A DNA stretch of 64,000 nt from Takakia lepidozioides (GCA_030704615.1 CM060732.1:5456001-5520000), one strand, 5' to 3'; shown: positions 22,253-36,197, numbered from the stretch's first letter. Numbers and translations are program-made. The notes: generated from the letters alone by a model not told the origin.

Positions 22253-22656
22253 TAAACCTCCACACTATGCTATTGCTCTGCCAGGACAAAATGTGGCTAA
22301 GTCATGACATGCGCCTTTTCATCCTTAGGATGAATGATTTTCATCGCAGATGTTTAACCTAGAAGCTCGGGCTGAGGAAAACGAAGAGGAAGATGACGGG
22401 CAACTCTTCGCAGGTGCTGCAGTGGAGTTGGCAGGGCAGTCTGTCTTAGGAAGTTGCACCTACGCTAGGGGAATCAGCTTGCTTTAAAGAGCGACGTTAA
22501 GGGCTTCTGCTTGGCATTCTGTGCAAGGGGAAGCGGTGCCACTTTCTTCGTGGTAATGATCAATTCTGAAGGCTGAGCATGTGATGAGAGCGGTGCACCA
22601 CCGCTGCCGCCATTGCCTTGAAGAGCACAATTATGAGGGGATGGAGCGGCTCAACA
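22253..22656 (+). repeat. Candidate remainder of the Gypsy 3' LTR, displaced by the DNA transposon
   Basis: Removing 7053-22252 joins PPT-like TTGGGGGGC + TG|TAAACC; a TCAACA end lies about 400 bp later. The 5' LTR is outside the window, so this is unverified. Confidence 0.4.
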
Positions 22657-24299
22657 GCTGTTGGGGCATGAGAAGTGCAGGTTGGTGTGGATGGCGACTC
22701 AGGTTATCTGTAATTAAGACTTGTAGCTGCTTTCTGTCTTATTGCTATAGGACCATATCAATTCTTAGGGAAGAAGTGCACATGTAGAAGGATAGGGTAA
22801 GAGGTTGGCAAGCACAAGGATGTTGCCAGCAGATGAAGCAGAGCCGTCATGACATGATGAGGACTGGAATCAAGATAAGAAGAAGCGTTAAATGTGGCTG
22901 ATGACAGAGATGGTGAGGTACCATCTTGACAGGCAGACCCACCGCTTCACTGGAGTATAAGACAGATAAGTTCGAAGAGTGTAGGCTTCCTTTTTTTTTG
23001 CCTTAGAAGTCGCTTTGTGAAGTTTTTGAACTGTCTCTTGTAAAGAGAGACAGATTTGTGAGGAAGAGAAAAAGCTTTGGGAAATGGAATGAGGACACTG
23101 GACTTCAAACCAGGATAGGGTGGAGATGGATGCACCTGCTATTACATTGTCAGTAGGAGAAATGATTGGGGACAAGGGATAGCTCATCTCAGGGTCAGAA
23201 TGGTTGCTGTTTGTTGTGTTCTTGTTCTTTGTTTCAGTGTCATGAGCCTATAAAACAATGCGGCCCTGGATGTTGATACATTGGAGCCAAAGTAGAACTA
23301 GCTTAGTGGATAGAGGAAACCAGTGAGGGTTAGTTAGAACTATTTGGAAAGCAGAGAAGGGATGATGTGGATGGGGCAGAAAAACCAACACTGTTTTGGG
23401 GTTTGGATCTGATTTTCAGAGTGTTCTCAGCATGTGAACAACTGAGGTTCACAGTTGATGGGAAAAAGAGAGCTGTCAGGGTGTGTAAATTGAGACCTAT
23501 AGAAGGGTTGTGAACTATCTTGGGCAAATGGCTCCACTTGGGGAAAGGTAGTGTGAAGGGTCAGTCATTGGCGAGAGAGAGAGACTGATAAAGGGGCTGA
23601 TCATGTCTTGTGTGACCAAGGTTGATTTCAATGTTGGATGCACTGGATGCCTGGCTGAATGTGCATTGCATTGCATCGTAGACATGCTGTTGTGGAAAAA
23701 GTGAGGAATCTGCACACCAAGAAAGAGAGAGAAAAAAGGAGAAAGAGGGAGAAAGGGTTGAGAAGGGAGAGAGCTATCCAGCAAAAGGGGTTGATGAGGG
23801 ATGGATAATTGGGGAGATAAGATAAAGAAAACATGAACCCTGAAGAACTAAAAACCAGTGGGCCTGTAGTTCATGGCAGATCTGAGCTGCCTCCTTCTAA
23901 ACCGTGATCTCATTACAAAAAGGGGCTTCCGACGTGTTGCTGCCCAAGGGAGCTGCCACAAGGGTAGTGTTCACCACTGACATAGGGCTGGTTGCATCAC
24001 TGAAGACATCATGGCAGCACGGCTGGTGCTGTACCTGCAGGGAAAGGATGTTGTGTAAAAGTAGAACCAAGAGTGAGAGTAATACAGACTCCCCATCCAT
24101 GTCTTCTCTTCCGCTGCGGCGTGGATGAGGATTGCATGAACTCTGATCACGAAGGACCTGAGGGAAACCCACAGCCGAGTGACGATGGTTGGATCACTAG
24201 AAGAACGTTCCTTTCTTTTGCTCCACTTCAACTGGAGAGGAGTACAATTAGAATCACACAGAAGGGGATTCACGCCCCTTCTTTTCACACTACAGCGCA

Positions 24300-25835
24300 T
24301 ATATATTGCTACACAACTACATCGCTGTCCAAAACCACACAACACATGTGCACACCACACACTAGTATATCACTAATCCAACCATTAGGCTGCCCACTAT
24401 GGCAGTCACTAGTCCACCACAATGATAAAGAAGAAGAATACAAGCACAAGCTCACAAAGCTGAAGCATAAACTCATGCATATATAACCTCATCACTCAAA
24501 TACAAGTCAAGCCAAGTGCACCCCACGCCATGGGGAATCCACTCGTGCCATAGCTAGGCGCGGTGAGGCTCAACTCGAGAAAGATGAGCCTCCCGCGCTT
24601 GCCGTGAAGATAACCACTCCAGGGCCTAAATCTGCCTTGACCCCTGGATTGACACTTGGGCCAATCCCAAATGTCAATATGTAAAAGCTAGCTATTTCCT
24701 AGCTAGTTTCACACTAGTGGTGAAATAACTTGACAACTGTCGTGCGCATACATATCGCTACATAACCACATCGCTGTCCAAAACCACACAACACATGTGC
24801 ATACCACACACTAATATACCACTAGTCCAACCACTAGTCCAACCACTAGGCTGCCACTAGTCAGTCGCTAGGCTGCCCACTACGGGCGTAGACATTGCTG
24901 GCAGTGAGAAGAAGGCAGGAAAGCAGTTCAGTGTTCCTAGCATGCATGCGGAGACGCCGTGTAGAAGTTAGGCTCAGACTTTTATCATGGCTGGATTTTG
25001 TTGACAGTGTTCCAGCACTTACTCTCTGGGATTCTATTCTATTTTGTGGAGCTTGAATCCCCAATGGTACTTCTTTCACTACACTAGTGGTATGTGTTCC
25101 TCTAGTCATGTTCCTAATCACTTGCACATCACTGTAATAGTGGTATAATTTAAAACTGTGGGAGTAGCCAAATGCACACAATTGCCCACATTACCACTCA
25201 TATAGTGGTATAAATAATCACCTATATATTACTGTATTAGTGGTATGAATTCCTCCAATGGTATTCCTAATCACTTACACACCACTCTGTTAGTAATCAC
25301 TCCAATCCATAGTTCCCACTCAGAGAGACACCATGGATGACTCAAAACAGCTTACATACCACTCTGTGGGTAATCATTCCAATGACCTGTTGAGAGACGT
25401 CATCCACTCACATAACCACGCTGTGAATGATATTGTATATTCTCAGTTTTCATAGAATAACTATATGAGTCATTTCGTGATCACTCAACGAGTGGTTTCG
25501 GAAGTCATTGAATTTTTCACTCCATCCATTTTGTAGCACTGACACACGACACGTGTCCATGAGTGTCGCCACGTGTGGACATAATCTCCAATATCATCCA
25601 CGGACCACCGGCTTACACGTGTCCACTGCAAAACGGAAGTGATTACTTTACCACTGTGACACGTCATAAGTGGTTAGTTTACCTCTGTGACACGTCATTG
25701 ACATGTCACCGTGGTTAATTTACCACCGTGGCACGTTAGCTAATAGGTGGACCCGGACGTGAGTGGTTCGAACCACTGTCCTTAACCACTAGTGCCACGT
25801 AATGTCTTTTACCACTCACTTGTCCTAATCCACTG
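24300..25835 (-). mobile_element. Probable CACTA (En/Spm) subterminal non-coding region
   Basis: Dense CCACT/AGTGG and CACGTG-type short repeats; 25803 TGTCTTTTACCACTCAC matches in reverse the repeat next to the CACTAGGAGAAAAACG terminus at 26139; left boundary uncertain. Confidence 0.5.
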
Positions 25836-26138
25836 GTTCTTCATGTCTATTCACCGAATGTCCGAAACCACATTGTCTCCTGTAAACAAAGAATTGGGCG
25901 AGGCTCGGATATGCACTCCATTCTGGAGATGAAGCGACGATGTGGATATGACTACATTCATGGAAGTAGGTTTCCAGGACAAGGGACTGAGGTAGATCGT
26001 TGTTTCGTATTCAAAATGTCCACGTGTGGCCTGGCAGCGGCGTGGAACTGGTCCACCAGATAAGGAGTGGGGACTTGTCAAACAGTTGGGTCATGTTCGA
26101 CCATATCAAGCAAATTACAAATCACCAGTGGGTGACAA
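25836..26138 (+). pseudogene. Fragment of a second Mutator-like transposase (inverted segment)
   Basis: HVYSPNVRNHIVSCKQ..YDYIHGSRFPGQG..FKMSTCG..WVMFDHIKQITNHQWVT, near-identical to the element-1 protein at 19100-19398. Confidence 0.85.
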
Positions 26139-26210
26139 CACTAGGAGAAAAACGTGGAATTACCACTCTATTAACCACTCATTGTGAGTGGTAAAAGACA
26201 CTAAACCACT
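26139..26210 (+). mobile_element. CACTA terminal inverted repeat and first subterminal repeats
   Basis: CACTAGGAGAAAAACG begins exactly where transposase homology stops. Confidence 0.7.
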
Positions 26211-26935
26211 GACTCCAGCAATGCCTCCATTTCCTTCTCATCGAGAGGAACTCTGTCAGAGCCATCTTCCGACATAATCTCGGCCAATGCCATCTTATGG
26301 GCGGCCTACAGCTGTATCTGTTTGGGTCTGGCACTAGGTCTCAACTTAACCTCCTCCTGAATGAGCTGCTCTGCCTCGTGGGCAGCCTCCCGCGAGTTCC
26401 CCCTCGCCAATTTGTGACAATGGGAACCAACGTGTATGCAAGCTCGTGTGAGGTCAGGGAAACGGTGCAACACATAGAACTGCTTGGCATTACAAACAGA
26501 CATGCAATGTGGTGGTTCTTTGCAATGCGCACACTTAAATGTGGAGTTTGGAACCTTCTCCTAAGCTCGAAATGGTTGATGAGCTGTGCCTGTCCAATTC
26601 GTCTCGTTCCTGTGACCTCTGGATTTAAAGTGGAAGCAAGTTGGGGAGAAACACCGCAGCGCGCCCGCACACACAACGTAGCGCACCTGCACACCATCGA
26701 GCATCTTCATGCTGGTGATTTTGGTGACGCACCAAGGATGATCGTCATGTTTCCTATCCATATTTGTCAACATTCCGGACGCCCTCGAATAGTCCGTTCG
26801 AGGAGGGAACTCAAAGAAGATATTGCCGTCGACGTCTACGGGAAGGCATGTCACGGATTTAATTGCACTAGCCCAGCTAGCTCCGAGCGGTGTCCCTCCA
26901 TGTGAAGCCCTCGCATAATTTCAAGAATGGATTAC
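26211..26935 (-). pseudogene. N-terminal (GCM-like) part of the second transposase
   Basis: VDGNIFFEFPP..MDRKHDDHPWCVTK..VRYVVCAGALRC; CNAKQFYVLHRFPDLTRACIHVGSHCHKLARGN..RPKQIQL. Confidence 0.88.
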
Positions 26936-27479
26936 CTTTTTCGCGTTTTTTTGTCTAATCCAACCCTCAACTTAGAGTTTTCTCCCTGATGGCCACTTTT
27001 TTGGCACGTTATCCCTACAAATGTCGTCCGCTAGATGGAAATTCGGCGCCGGTTATCCATCCGGGGGTGGTCCGACTTACCTGCGATTTTCCATCCGGGG
27101 GAACTCCAACTTACCTGCAGGATGGAAATTCGGCGCCTGCTGGATGATGCCGTCTCGGGCGGAGCGAGGGCCAGGTGGCGCTCCGACTTCATCCGTTGGA
27201 TGGAAATTCGGCGTTGTTTTTCAATCCACCGGGCTGTCGATGTAGTCTCGGGTGGAAGTTGGGACAGATGGCGGCGGGGGCGAGCTCCATACCTATGTCA
27301 TTGAAGAGCGCCGGCCCGTATTAATTGTCCACCGCCGTCGGTTTTGAACCGGACAATCCGCACGGATTCCGCGCTTGCTTCCCGGATACGCCTGGGAACC
27401 CTGATGTGACGGGTGGATGAAGTTCCATTCGAGGCTTGTATCCACGCATTCTGCGGGAGATTTTTTTGTCACTCGGACT

Positions 27480-29105
27480 TATGCCGCGTGGAGAAGGGCG
27501 TGGCTCTCCTGAGAGAAACCCCACATCCAGACCGCGGCGCAAACTCAAACCTTTGTACTACAGGCCGCGTCCAACGTCTCGCATGGCCAAACTGAAGCTC
27601 CAGCAAGAGATCCCCTTGTCTTGCTCACAGCCCGCGCCAACTGAAGCCGAGCACTCTCAGGCGAGCCCCTGCTTCTTCCGCTTTATGTAGCATGTGCGGT
27701 CGTCTTCTTCGCTTTGTTTTGATTGTTTTGGCATCCTTTTGCATGTGCTTCTGCATGTAATTGTTAGCCATTGCTTGGTTTTGCTTTCATGGTTGTTCCA
27801 TGCCACTCCCTACTTTGCCTCTCACGATTGTGGCTCGTTTGTTGCTTCCATTTCATTGCGATTGTGGCGCTCATGTTGGGGATGACAGAGTGAAGACGAG
27901 CGCGACACGGTGGTGGTATCATCGACAGCTCCAACTGCTTGAGCAGTCACTCCAAAAGCTGCTACTCATCGAGCGCAATCAGACATTCGTCGGCAGCAGT
28001 CTTCGAACCTGGTGCTTGGCATTTTTGGATCACCAAAGTTGGGGCGGGACGGCACACACAAACTTGTTCCTTTTGTTGGTGGACGGGAGGACCTGCGGCG
28101 GGAGTACGCCCGAATAGGCATTTGGGAGGTTGGTGCAACCGGCATGGCAGGTGAAGGGCGTCGGATGAGGATAGCAAATCCGCCAATGGAGGAAGCTGAT
28201 GCACATGCAGGAGGGCCCGCCCACACAAAGAAGAAGAGGAAAGCCAAGCACATGCAATCCCCGGCGAGAGAGCCATCACAGGCTGCGGAGGGGGGAGTGA
28301 ACAGAACAACCACCAAGGCGCGTGAGGGTGTCAGTTCCCCTCAATCAAAGGTTGTCATCCTGGAGGCCTCCCCTACTGCTACGCCTAGTAAGAAACAGAA
28401 GGCCCGTGAGAGGGCAAAAGAGAGGGCAAAAGAACAGGCGAGACAGAAGGCTAGCCAGGAGGCAAGAGAAAATGCCACTGAAGAGGCCAGGGGTGTGGAA
28501 ATGACAGATGCCCATGTAAGCGAGGGACGCACAGAGACGGTGGATCCCTCCAAGACACCAGAAATAGGCAGTAACACACCGGCTGCATCCTTACCGGTTA
28601 CACCATCGCGGGTGGGAGCAGCCCCCGCAATGACCCATACGGTGGAGACTGGGGGAGGGGATAGAACACCACAAAGACCACGGATTGTGGGAGGTGGAGG
28701 TGAAGACGGGGAGAGGGCATGAGGTGCTTCCGCCAGTGATTGACCATATTGAGGACGACGAGAGGGAGCTTTCTGACCAGGATGACATCCTCCCGGAGAT
28801 CCCCAGGCCCCAAACCCGGAGCATACAGGCTGGATTTGGTGGTCCTGGTGGGCTGCCGGAGAACCCCTCTGCAGCAGACGTCATGTCGGAGGCAGATATG
28901 AAGTTGGCCGCTGCCAAGATGTTGGAGGCAACCCACAACAATATTGGCAGGGTCCTGGGGGGCATGGTGTACCCAACCAAGCTTCAGATTCCTCTATCAT
29001 TGCAAGTGGTGAGACCTGCCCTCCCAGGCGATATCGACAAGCTGAAATTCTCTTTCCGGGAGGGATATCGAATGGGGTCTGCCGCGTTTTATGTTTCCAT
29101 TGAGA
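27480..29105 (+). pseudogene. 5' part of a second, diverged ParB-methyltransferase gene, truncated before DGNHR
   Basis: RPRRKLKPLYY..LQQEI and AAAKMLEATHNNIGRVLGG..VRPALPGDIDKLKFSFREGYRMGSAAFYVSIE match element-1 RPRRKLRKLYF..LQEEI and AADKMLEETHSSIGRVLGS..VRQALPGDVDKLKFAFREG. Confidence 0.85.
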
Positions 29106-29844
29106 TAGAAACTTGAGATGACTGGCATAACATGGATAATAGCAAGGATGGGATAGAGATGGCTGTTTTCCACCACTATGCCAATTTCATCAATATCAGC
29201 AAGGGATAGAAGCAGGTTAGGGAAGACTTCTTTGAGGATGTCTTGAGTAACCTTATGCATGAGCTCATTTTCTCTGCCAATTTGAAATTGAGTAGCAAGT
29301 TCATCTGAGAATCAAGTGGTCATGAAGCCATCTTTGCCGGCTGGCAGGAAGAACTTTGTGAGCTGGTCCATGAAAATGAAGAGAAGCGGCGTGATGCAGA
29401 TTGCTGCATGAGCGATGATGTACCCTGAACCAGGGGACCAGCCACTGAGAGGGCGGTTTGCGCAGGTGTGCAGCTCCAAGAATGAGCTGTCCAATTCCTA
29501 CAATTCTTGATCGGAGAAGGGAAAAGGATGCCCAGGCCTTGGGGCCTTCAATGGCCAGAGGCTCAATGGCCAGAGCCCTACATTTTTTGGGAAAAAAAAA
29601 ACCTGATTGCACCAAAAAAAGTTGGCCCGCGACATGAAAAAAAAAAGGGGCCAAAAATAAAAAACTTCGCCACATAGTGGCGGTTCCCTGGGCAGCTCGT
29701 GCCAGAAAGCATCGGGGGGACCCAGACATTTCGCCTGACAACTCGGAAGCAGTGCGCCTTAAATCCAAGGGCTGGCACCCCATTGCGCCAAGATGAATTG
29801 CGATTTCGCCACCTGTTTCTGCTTTTAAAAGGTCTACCACCAAT

Positions 29845-29905
29845 TGGTAGCTCAGTTGGATAGTGCACTGAGTGCCACCCAGATGATTCTGGGGTCAAAT
29901 CCTGC
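29845..29905 (+). other. tRNA-derived (SINE head or tRNA pseudogene) sequence
   Basis: A-box TGGTAGCTCAGTTGG and B-box-like GGGTCAAATCC at tRNA-like spacing; no convincing acceptor stem. Confidence 0.4.
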
Positions 29906-32567
29906 TACTTTTTGGCTGTCGTATGTTCTTCTTTCCCTTCCCTTGGGCGGTGTCCTTTGCGAAAGCCTTCACGGCTAGGTTACTTTGAAAGAGGTTTTTT
30001 TTTCTCTCACTATAATTACGAGGCCTGATTTGTGAGCTGTCGCTCCTAGGTGTTTCCCTTTAAAAAAAAAAAAAAAAAAAGGCTGTGTCGCCTGGGAAAT
30101 ATCCTTGACATTTTCAAGAAATCGCCATATTGCATACTTGTAGCCAGGTAGGATCCAGGTGGACATTGTACTTGTCGCCACCTCTGCACTTAACCCCAAG
30201 AAAATATCGCCACGTCCACGCCCAAGCAGAAACGAAAAAAAAAAAAGGCTGCTTGTGATGCGTGACCTCCTTCTGGGCACACCCATCCATCCTTGTAGCG
30301 CCGTTGTTGTAATCGAGACGGTAAAGGCATCCTGCAATTACCTTCCACACACACGTATTGTAGTTCATTTGGCCAGTATGGGAAGAACAGGCAACCCCAC
30401 AGGGTGGGAAGAGCCAATTTGTGGGACCGCTGGAGGCTTGGAGAGGAGGGAAATGGCTCGACAGGATGTAGACACCTGTACGCCTAGGCCAGCGTAGAAG
30501 TAGGAGGTGGGCCTCCTTCTGATTCTAGAGAAATCCTGAAGCGACGAGGCGGTGGGCCCTCTTCTAGAAGGCTCCACCACCGCCTTATCCACCCCTTACC
30601 CCTTACCCGTATATATAGAGGGTAAGGGGTATAGATTTTACAATTCTGCCTCCCTTTGGTGGATAAGTGTCTATCAGAACAATTTATTTTGCGCGATGTA
30701 TCGGAGAATAAAAAAGTACCCACAAACCGTTACGTGAAAATTGAAGGTCAAGAAACCAATTATGGGAGAAAAGGAAAGTCTGTTGAAATGTTTTCAATGG
30801 ACCTAATATCACTTTAGCCAACAGTAAAGTTCCAGTGCCACACGATATAGGCACATGTGTGACTTTTGGGTTTGAATGTGTGAAGAGACACTTTGGCCAA
30901 GTTTTTGGTGGAGATACTCTAGTATTAAGGCCAAGTTGGTTGTTTGAGATATGCGTCGATCTGGACTGTGACTTATGTGACAAGCATCTCCAAAGAGGGA
31001 AACAAAGAGGGCAGCACATGGTGCGTTGCAAAAAGGAGCTATCGCAGTAGGCAGAAACACAAAGGAAACATGGAAGGGGGGTGGGGATATGAAGAGAGTC
31101 GAGGAGATGCAGAGACGAGGGTAGGTGCGGGGCGAAGAAGAGTCAAAGGGGGCGGGGGGGGGGCAATGAGAGCGGTCCGACAAGAAAACGTGCGGGCGGG
31201 CGGGCGATTGGGTGAGGGGGTTATCCAGGGAATGAGAAGGCGCAGGAGCGCCGAGGTGGCGCGCGCGCACAGGAAGGCAGGCACGTCCCAAGAGCAGGGC
31301 GCTCATCAATTTCATTCTCTTGCTGTGCGTGGATCCCTCTCCGCACGGGAGATTGCCGGTGGAATGCTTGCGCAGCGATGGCAGGAGTGACCGGGTGTGG
31401 ACAGTTATCCCGTGGCCAAAAAGGAATGTGTGAGGTGTAGACAGCATTTGCTGTGGAAAGTGTTGTCGCTCTCCTCTTGGGGAGGCAGGGCTGGGACGCC
31501 TTTGTCTTTTTCGTGCCCGAGTGTCCGGGGATTGTTGGCTTGCCATGCCCCAACCGTGCCCTCCACTCAGATGGCCGCACAAAATGTGTAGAGGGAGCTC
31601 TGTGGTGTCCCTGATGCTGTCTCTCAGAGCAGCATCTACTTTTAGCACTCCGATTGTCTGTTTCCTATACTCTTGCTGGAATCTGTGTTCGTAGTTGATC
31701 CTCTGGGATTTCTTGCTACGTTTTGGGATTATGTTTCTCTTCCCTCTCCTGCATTTGATAGCACTAAGGATTTTTTGGGGTCATCTATTCTACGGTTCGT
31801 ATCTCGTTCAATTTTTGGATGGATTTGCTTCTTTTACGCATTAGCATTCTCTCCGCCCTTGTTCTTTGCCTTCGCTGAGGCTATGTGTTTTCTACTAATC
31901 GATCTCAGTCTTTCTCTGTGTTTTTCAACCGATGTTTGCAGTCTCGGATGACCGAGGCACTTGCAAAGCGAGCCACGAATGCAAGCATTAGAGCATGCAT
32001 TCAGTCAAACCGATGTCTTTCGTTTCAGACATGCAGAGCTAATTCTGAAATGGTTTTGCTTGTTCGCTCCCTTCCGGTTCCCTTTCGATCGCCGATGGTT
32101 GTAGCTCTGTTGTTTATTCTCACCACCTTCGATTTCCGTTCAAGTTTCATTGTTTCTTTTCCAGAATGTCCCAAGCTGAAAGCATTGGTCGAAGACTAAA
32201 GAACTGTAAAGATCTCTTCTAGACGTCTCAAGACCTTGGAATTGACCTCCAAGAGCCTGCAAGAAGTCTATCTTTAAGAAGCCCTAAAAGATGTTTGAAG
32301 GTGAGAGCCGCTGGCGAGAAAGTGCAGACATTGATCGAGTCCATCATCAGGCATGAATGTGCCTACCTATGTCCATCTTTTCTTTTTGTTCTCTAATTAA
32401 TTGCTCTTCTTGGTATTCAGGCTCTTTCACTTTCTTTTTAGTTTGTTTCGTACAGCTGATGATCTGGTAGGCTTGATATTGTTTCTGCAGTGGAAGTCTT
32501 TGGGCTTTGAGGGAAGGGTCTTGCTTTGGGTGAGTGAGAGAGAGAGAGAGAGAGGAAAGGAAGAGAG

Positions 32568-35500
32568 ATGGAGGTAGTGACAAACAATGTGGCACCACCA
32601 CAGCTTCCTGCTCCACAGCTGCCGACAGCACACCAGCTGATTCTTGCGGACGGTTCCGGCGAGGATCAGGAGATCAAAGCCCCCAAAAAGAGGGCCGAAA
32701 CATGGGTACAAGAAGAGATAAAAGCACTCATTGCCTATCGAAAGGAGATGGACAATTTGTTCAACACCTCCAAAAGTAACAAGCATTTGTGGGAGCAAAT
32801 TTCTCAGAAAATGAAGGAACGGGGATACGACCGGTCCCCAACAATGTGCACTGACAAGTGGCGCAATTTGCTCAAGGAATATAAGAAAGCCAAGATCCAG
32901 GATAGAGGTACATCCAAAGTTGCATGCTACAAAGACTTGGAGGAGCTTCTTGGTGACCGTGCAAAGTCCACGCCCTACCGCAGCCCCGCTAAGCTGGATG
33001 CCTTGCAACTTTCCCCTAAAGGTACACATTGTGCCAGAGAAAGAAGAGGGATATGCAATGTTGGAATGTGGTTTCTGCACGTGATCTGCGATAAAGTCAG
33101 AGGCCCGTGGTTAGGGGTTGTGTGTAGGTTGATGAACAGAAAGTATGGGAGGCTCTTAGGGGGATGGCACATGCAGTAGTAGCAAGCAGAAGAAAGATCA
33201 GCGGGTAGAGAACTGAAATGAGGAAGGGATGTGGATGAGGAGTCATACTGAACGCTTTGACTTGTAGCGGTGCTCACCCTTGTAATGGCATCACCTCTCA
33301 ATGTCAATTTGCAAGCAGATGAACATCCACCTCATTGAATGTTTTTCTTCTTTATCATTGTGCTGGGATAGACACAGACACCACATGCCAAAGACACCTC
33401 CCAATCATCAAATATTCACAGGCAGAGGGCTGAGACCTTTAGTCTTGAGAAGTGAGGGCAGATAAACGGGCTGCTGCTGGCACTACCCTATATAGGATCT
33501 TCTTTTCCCGCCCTATGGCAGATGCCAGCTGTTTGTGCCTGCTTTTCACCAAAAATTCACCAGGAAATTGATAGCTGGTCACTCATGTTTTCACGCAATG
33601 CCATTGTCTGCATAGTAGCAGACAAGGAAGTCTTGTGTCCCTCCTCTCTTACTCTCTCCATGCAGTTAGCCTGTCATCGAATACTTAGAATTTCCTTAGC
33701 ATCTTGCAAGTTTGGGAAGCCTGCATTCTGACTGTCATTGGGAAGGTGAATGTGTTTCATGTTGCAATTGTTAACTTTATCAAAGCAGTTTTCTTCAACT
33801 GCATGAGTGACACACAAAGTTCCTCGACAAAGTGTTGGATTTTTTGTAGCATTTGGCATGTTTGCAGTCCTGGACTTGCAGCTTGCAACAAGAAAAACAG
33901 TTTTTCTTAATGGCTGCCATCCTTCTTGCCTAACAGCTTGTGAGTGCCTTGTTGTTTCAGAGTAAAGGGCACTATGAGTTGGCATCCGCTAGCCAATTGT
34001 TCTGAAATAGAAAGGTTTTCAAAAACCTTTCTGAGTACCCATCTGTAATAAGAAAAGTTTGTTGGCGACACCAGTCAGTTTTTTCTGTGGCAAGGCTAAA
34101 AACTCCTAGCCCAGTTTGCCTATCCATCCAGTTGAATTGATTGCCTTCAAGCCTTGCAGGTTATCACCTCCTTGAGTGCGCAATTTCTATTTTCCCCAAT
34201 CTAAATGGGTTGACACTCTAGCACTGACATCATAACCATATGCCGACGGTCTTTTGGGATACATAAATCCAATAGACAAGTCAGCAGATTCTTAGACCCA
34301 AAGGCATTGTGATGGAGGTGCACAGTAAGATACTAAGAATCCATCCAGCCAATATGAAGTGTGATTTGCAGTCAACATACTAATATCCTGACCCATGGTT
34401 GCTTAGCTGCTAAAATAAACAATTGAACTTAAAAATTTAAGAAGTGGATCTGGCTGCTGTGTCCGGTGCCAACAGCTTGCCTAGACCCATGCTGCACCCT
34501 GAGGAAGGCCTCCTGCTGGTGCTATACCAGATTTGACCAATGTGATTGCACGCAAGCAAGTGTGTTAAGCATCAGGTCTCACATCTCCCAAGGTCTCTGA
34601 AGAAATGGCTGGGGGAAATAGACCAAAAGAGGTGACTATGGGCAATGGGCCACTTGGTGGCAGGATCGACCAGAACGTTGAATTTGGAGCGTCGATTGGA
34701 CCATGACGGTCATCCAACAGCCCTACCATCAACTGACGGGTTGGGCCCACCTCCAACCTTCATAGCGAACGGAGTTCTCCCATCCTGGAACTGGAGAGAC
34801 ACAAATGCCAATGGTGAGACTCCGCCCCTTTCCCCCTCTTTTGAGACAAGTGGTGAGTTATGCTCCTTTGGCCCTTCGTCAAACAGGCTTCAGATATGTC
34901 CTTTGAGGATCCCTTTCTCTATGGTGTCTGTAATGTTTGCAATTCTCTTGTAAATAGGTTGTTACAAGGAGTACAGAGCATAATATAAGAGTCTAACTGG
35001 TGCCTGGGTCGACTGTTCTACAAGTAGTCAAGGATATCTTCTAGAATATATGTTGCCTCCACAACACACCCGTTCTGTATCGAAGGTTTTTCAGCTTCTC
35101 TGCCGACTACGTGCTCTATGGGACCCACTCCATTGTAGTGTTGTTGTCAGGGCAAAATGACCGCCGCCTCGTAGGAAAACTGCCTTTGTACTGCTGTACA
35201 TGACTTCCAACCCATCTCCTGGTGCGCACATGATGGAGATGGAAGAAGGTCTAAAAAGGAGGAATAAAAATTACTGAGGATTTTTCGTGTAGCAACATGT
35301 GAGTTCATTGAAAACTTTGCAGCATCTTTCATGCCATGGTGTAGTCAGATTGAAGCCACCTCAAATATTGCAGGTGGAGATCGGCGCTTATCAGGAGGGA
35401 AGGTGATTTTGGTGAAGTTTGGGGATCTTACACGGAGGGTGAGAGTTGATGGGCCCTTTGAGTCAATTAAGGAGTCCATTAAAATTGCTTTTGGGCTCCG

Positions 35501-36197
35501 TACAAAGCGGCCGTTTTGGTTAGAGGATGACGAGGGGGTGGTTCAAACCTTGAGCCGTGACATGCCATCTGGCCAGTATAATCTCAATCTTGACCCAGGT
35601 ATAATCTTTTTCCATCCGTATTCATGGCACAGCTTCATCTCATGAAGCTCTACTCTTGCAATAGTCAAACCGGCAGTTCACTTGCTCACAGCTGTGATAA
35701 TGTCCCAATGCAAGCCCTTCCAACTTACAGACTTCTCATGTGTGGCCTAGGTGAGGTTGGACCTGCACTTGTCTGTTAATGTGGCATCCATTTAAAGCCT
35801 TGTAACACTCCTATGTATTTGACCAGTTGAATCGATTAGGCTCTATTCTTTCAATTCCGGCTGTGAAATGGTTGTTTTGTACTAATGGCACCTGGCCCTG
35901 GTTAAAGCCCCACTCTCATGTGAACATGACACCTCTTTTCCTGGGACTGATGTCAGTGAGTTGGGATGGTAATTGGGTTCAGGGATAGGTGTAAAATTGT
36001 GTGTGTACGATGATTCAGACCGCATGACTGGCAACACAGAAGACAAGATCCTCTATTCAGATGACGATTTCCGTGACTTTCTTAATCGTCGGGGGTGGTC
36101 GGGGCTACGAGAGGTAGGGGGACTAAGGGACATTGACTCTTTAGAAGAGCTGCAGATGGGAAGAGTATATCAACGTGCTGGTATACTCGGTGCCTAG
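32568..36197 (+). CDS. GT-1: Trihelix transcription factor, GT-1/GT-4 clade; exons about 32568-33021, 34664-34813, 35374-35598, 35983-36197
   Basis: [45 protein letters not shown] trihelix; [13 protein letters not shown]; [27 protein letters not shown]; phase-consistent GT-AG junctions; a small extra exon in intron 1 cannot be excluded. Confidence 0.93.

Noticed and set aside
22660-23890. Possible degenerate minus-strand LINE
   Set aside because: Composition is suggestive, but I could not identify a diagnostic RT or zinc-finger motif
29845-29910. Functional tRNA gene (also A/B-box-like sequence near 58573-58635)
   Set aside because: No complete cloverleaf or acceptor stem; kept only as low-confidence tRNA-derived sequence
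30809-31648. 279-aa minus-strand ORF
   Set aside because: Low-complexity GC-rich sequence, no domain or splice support
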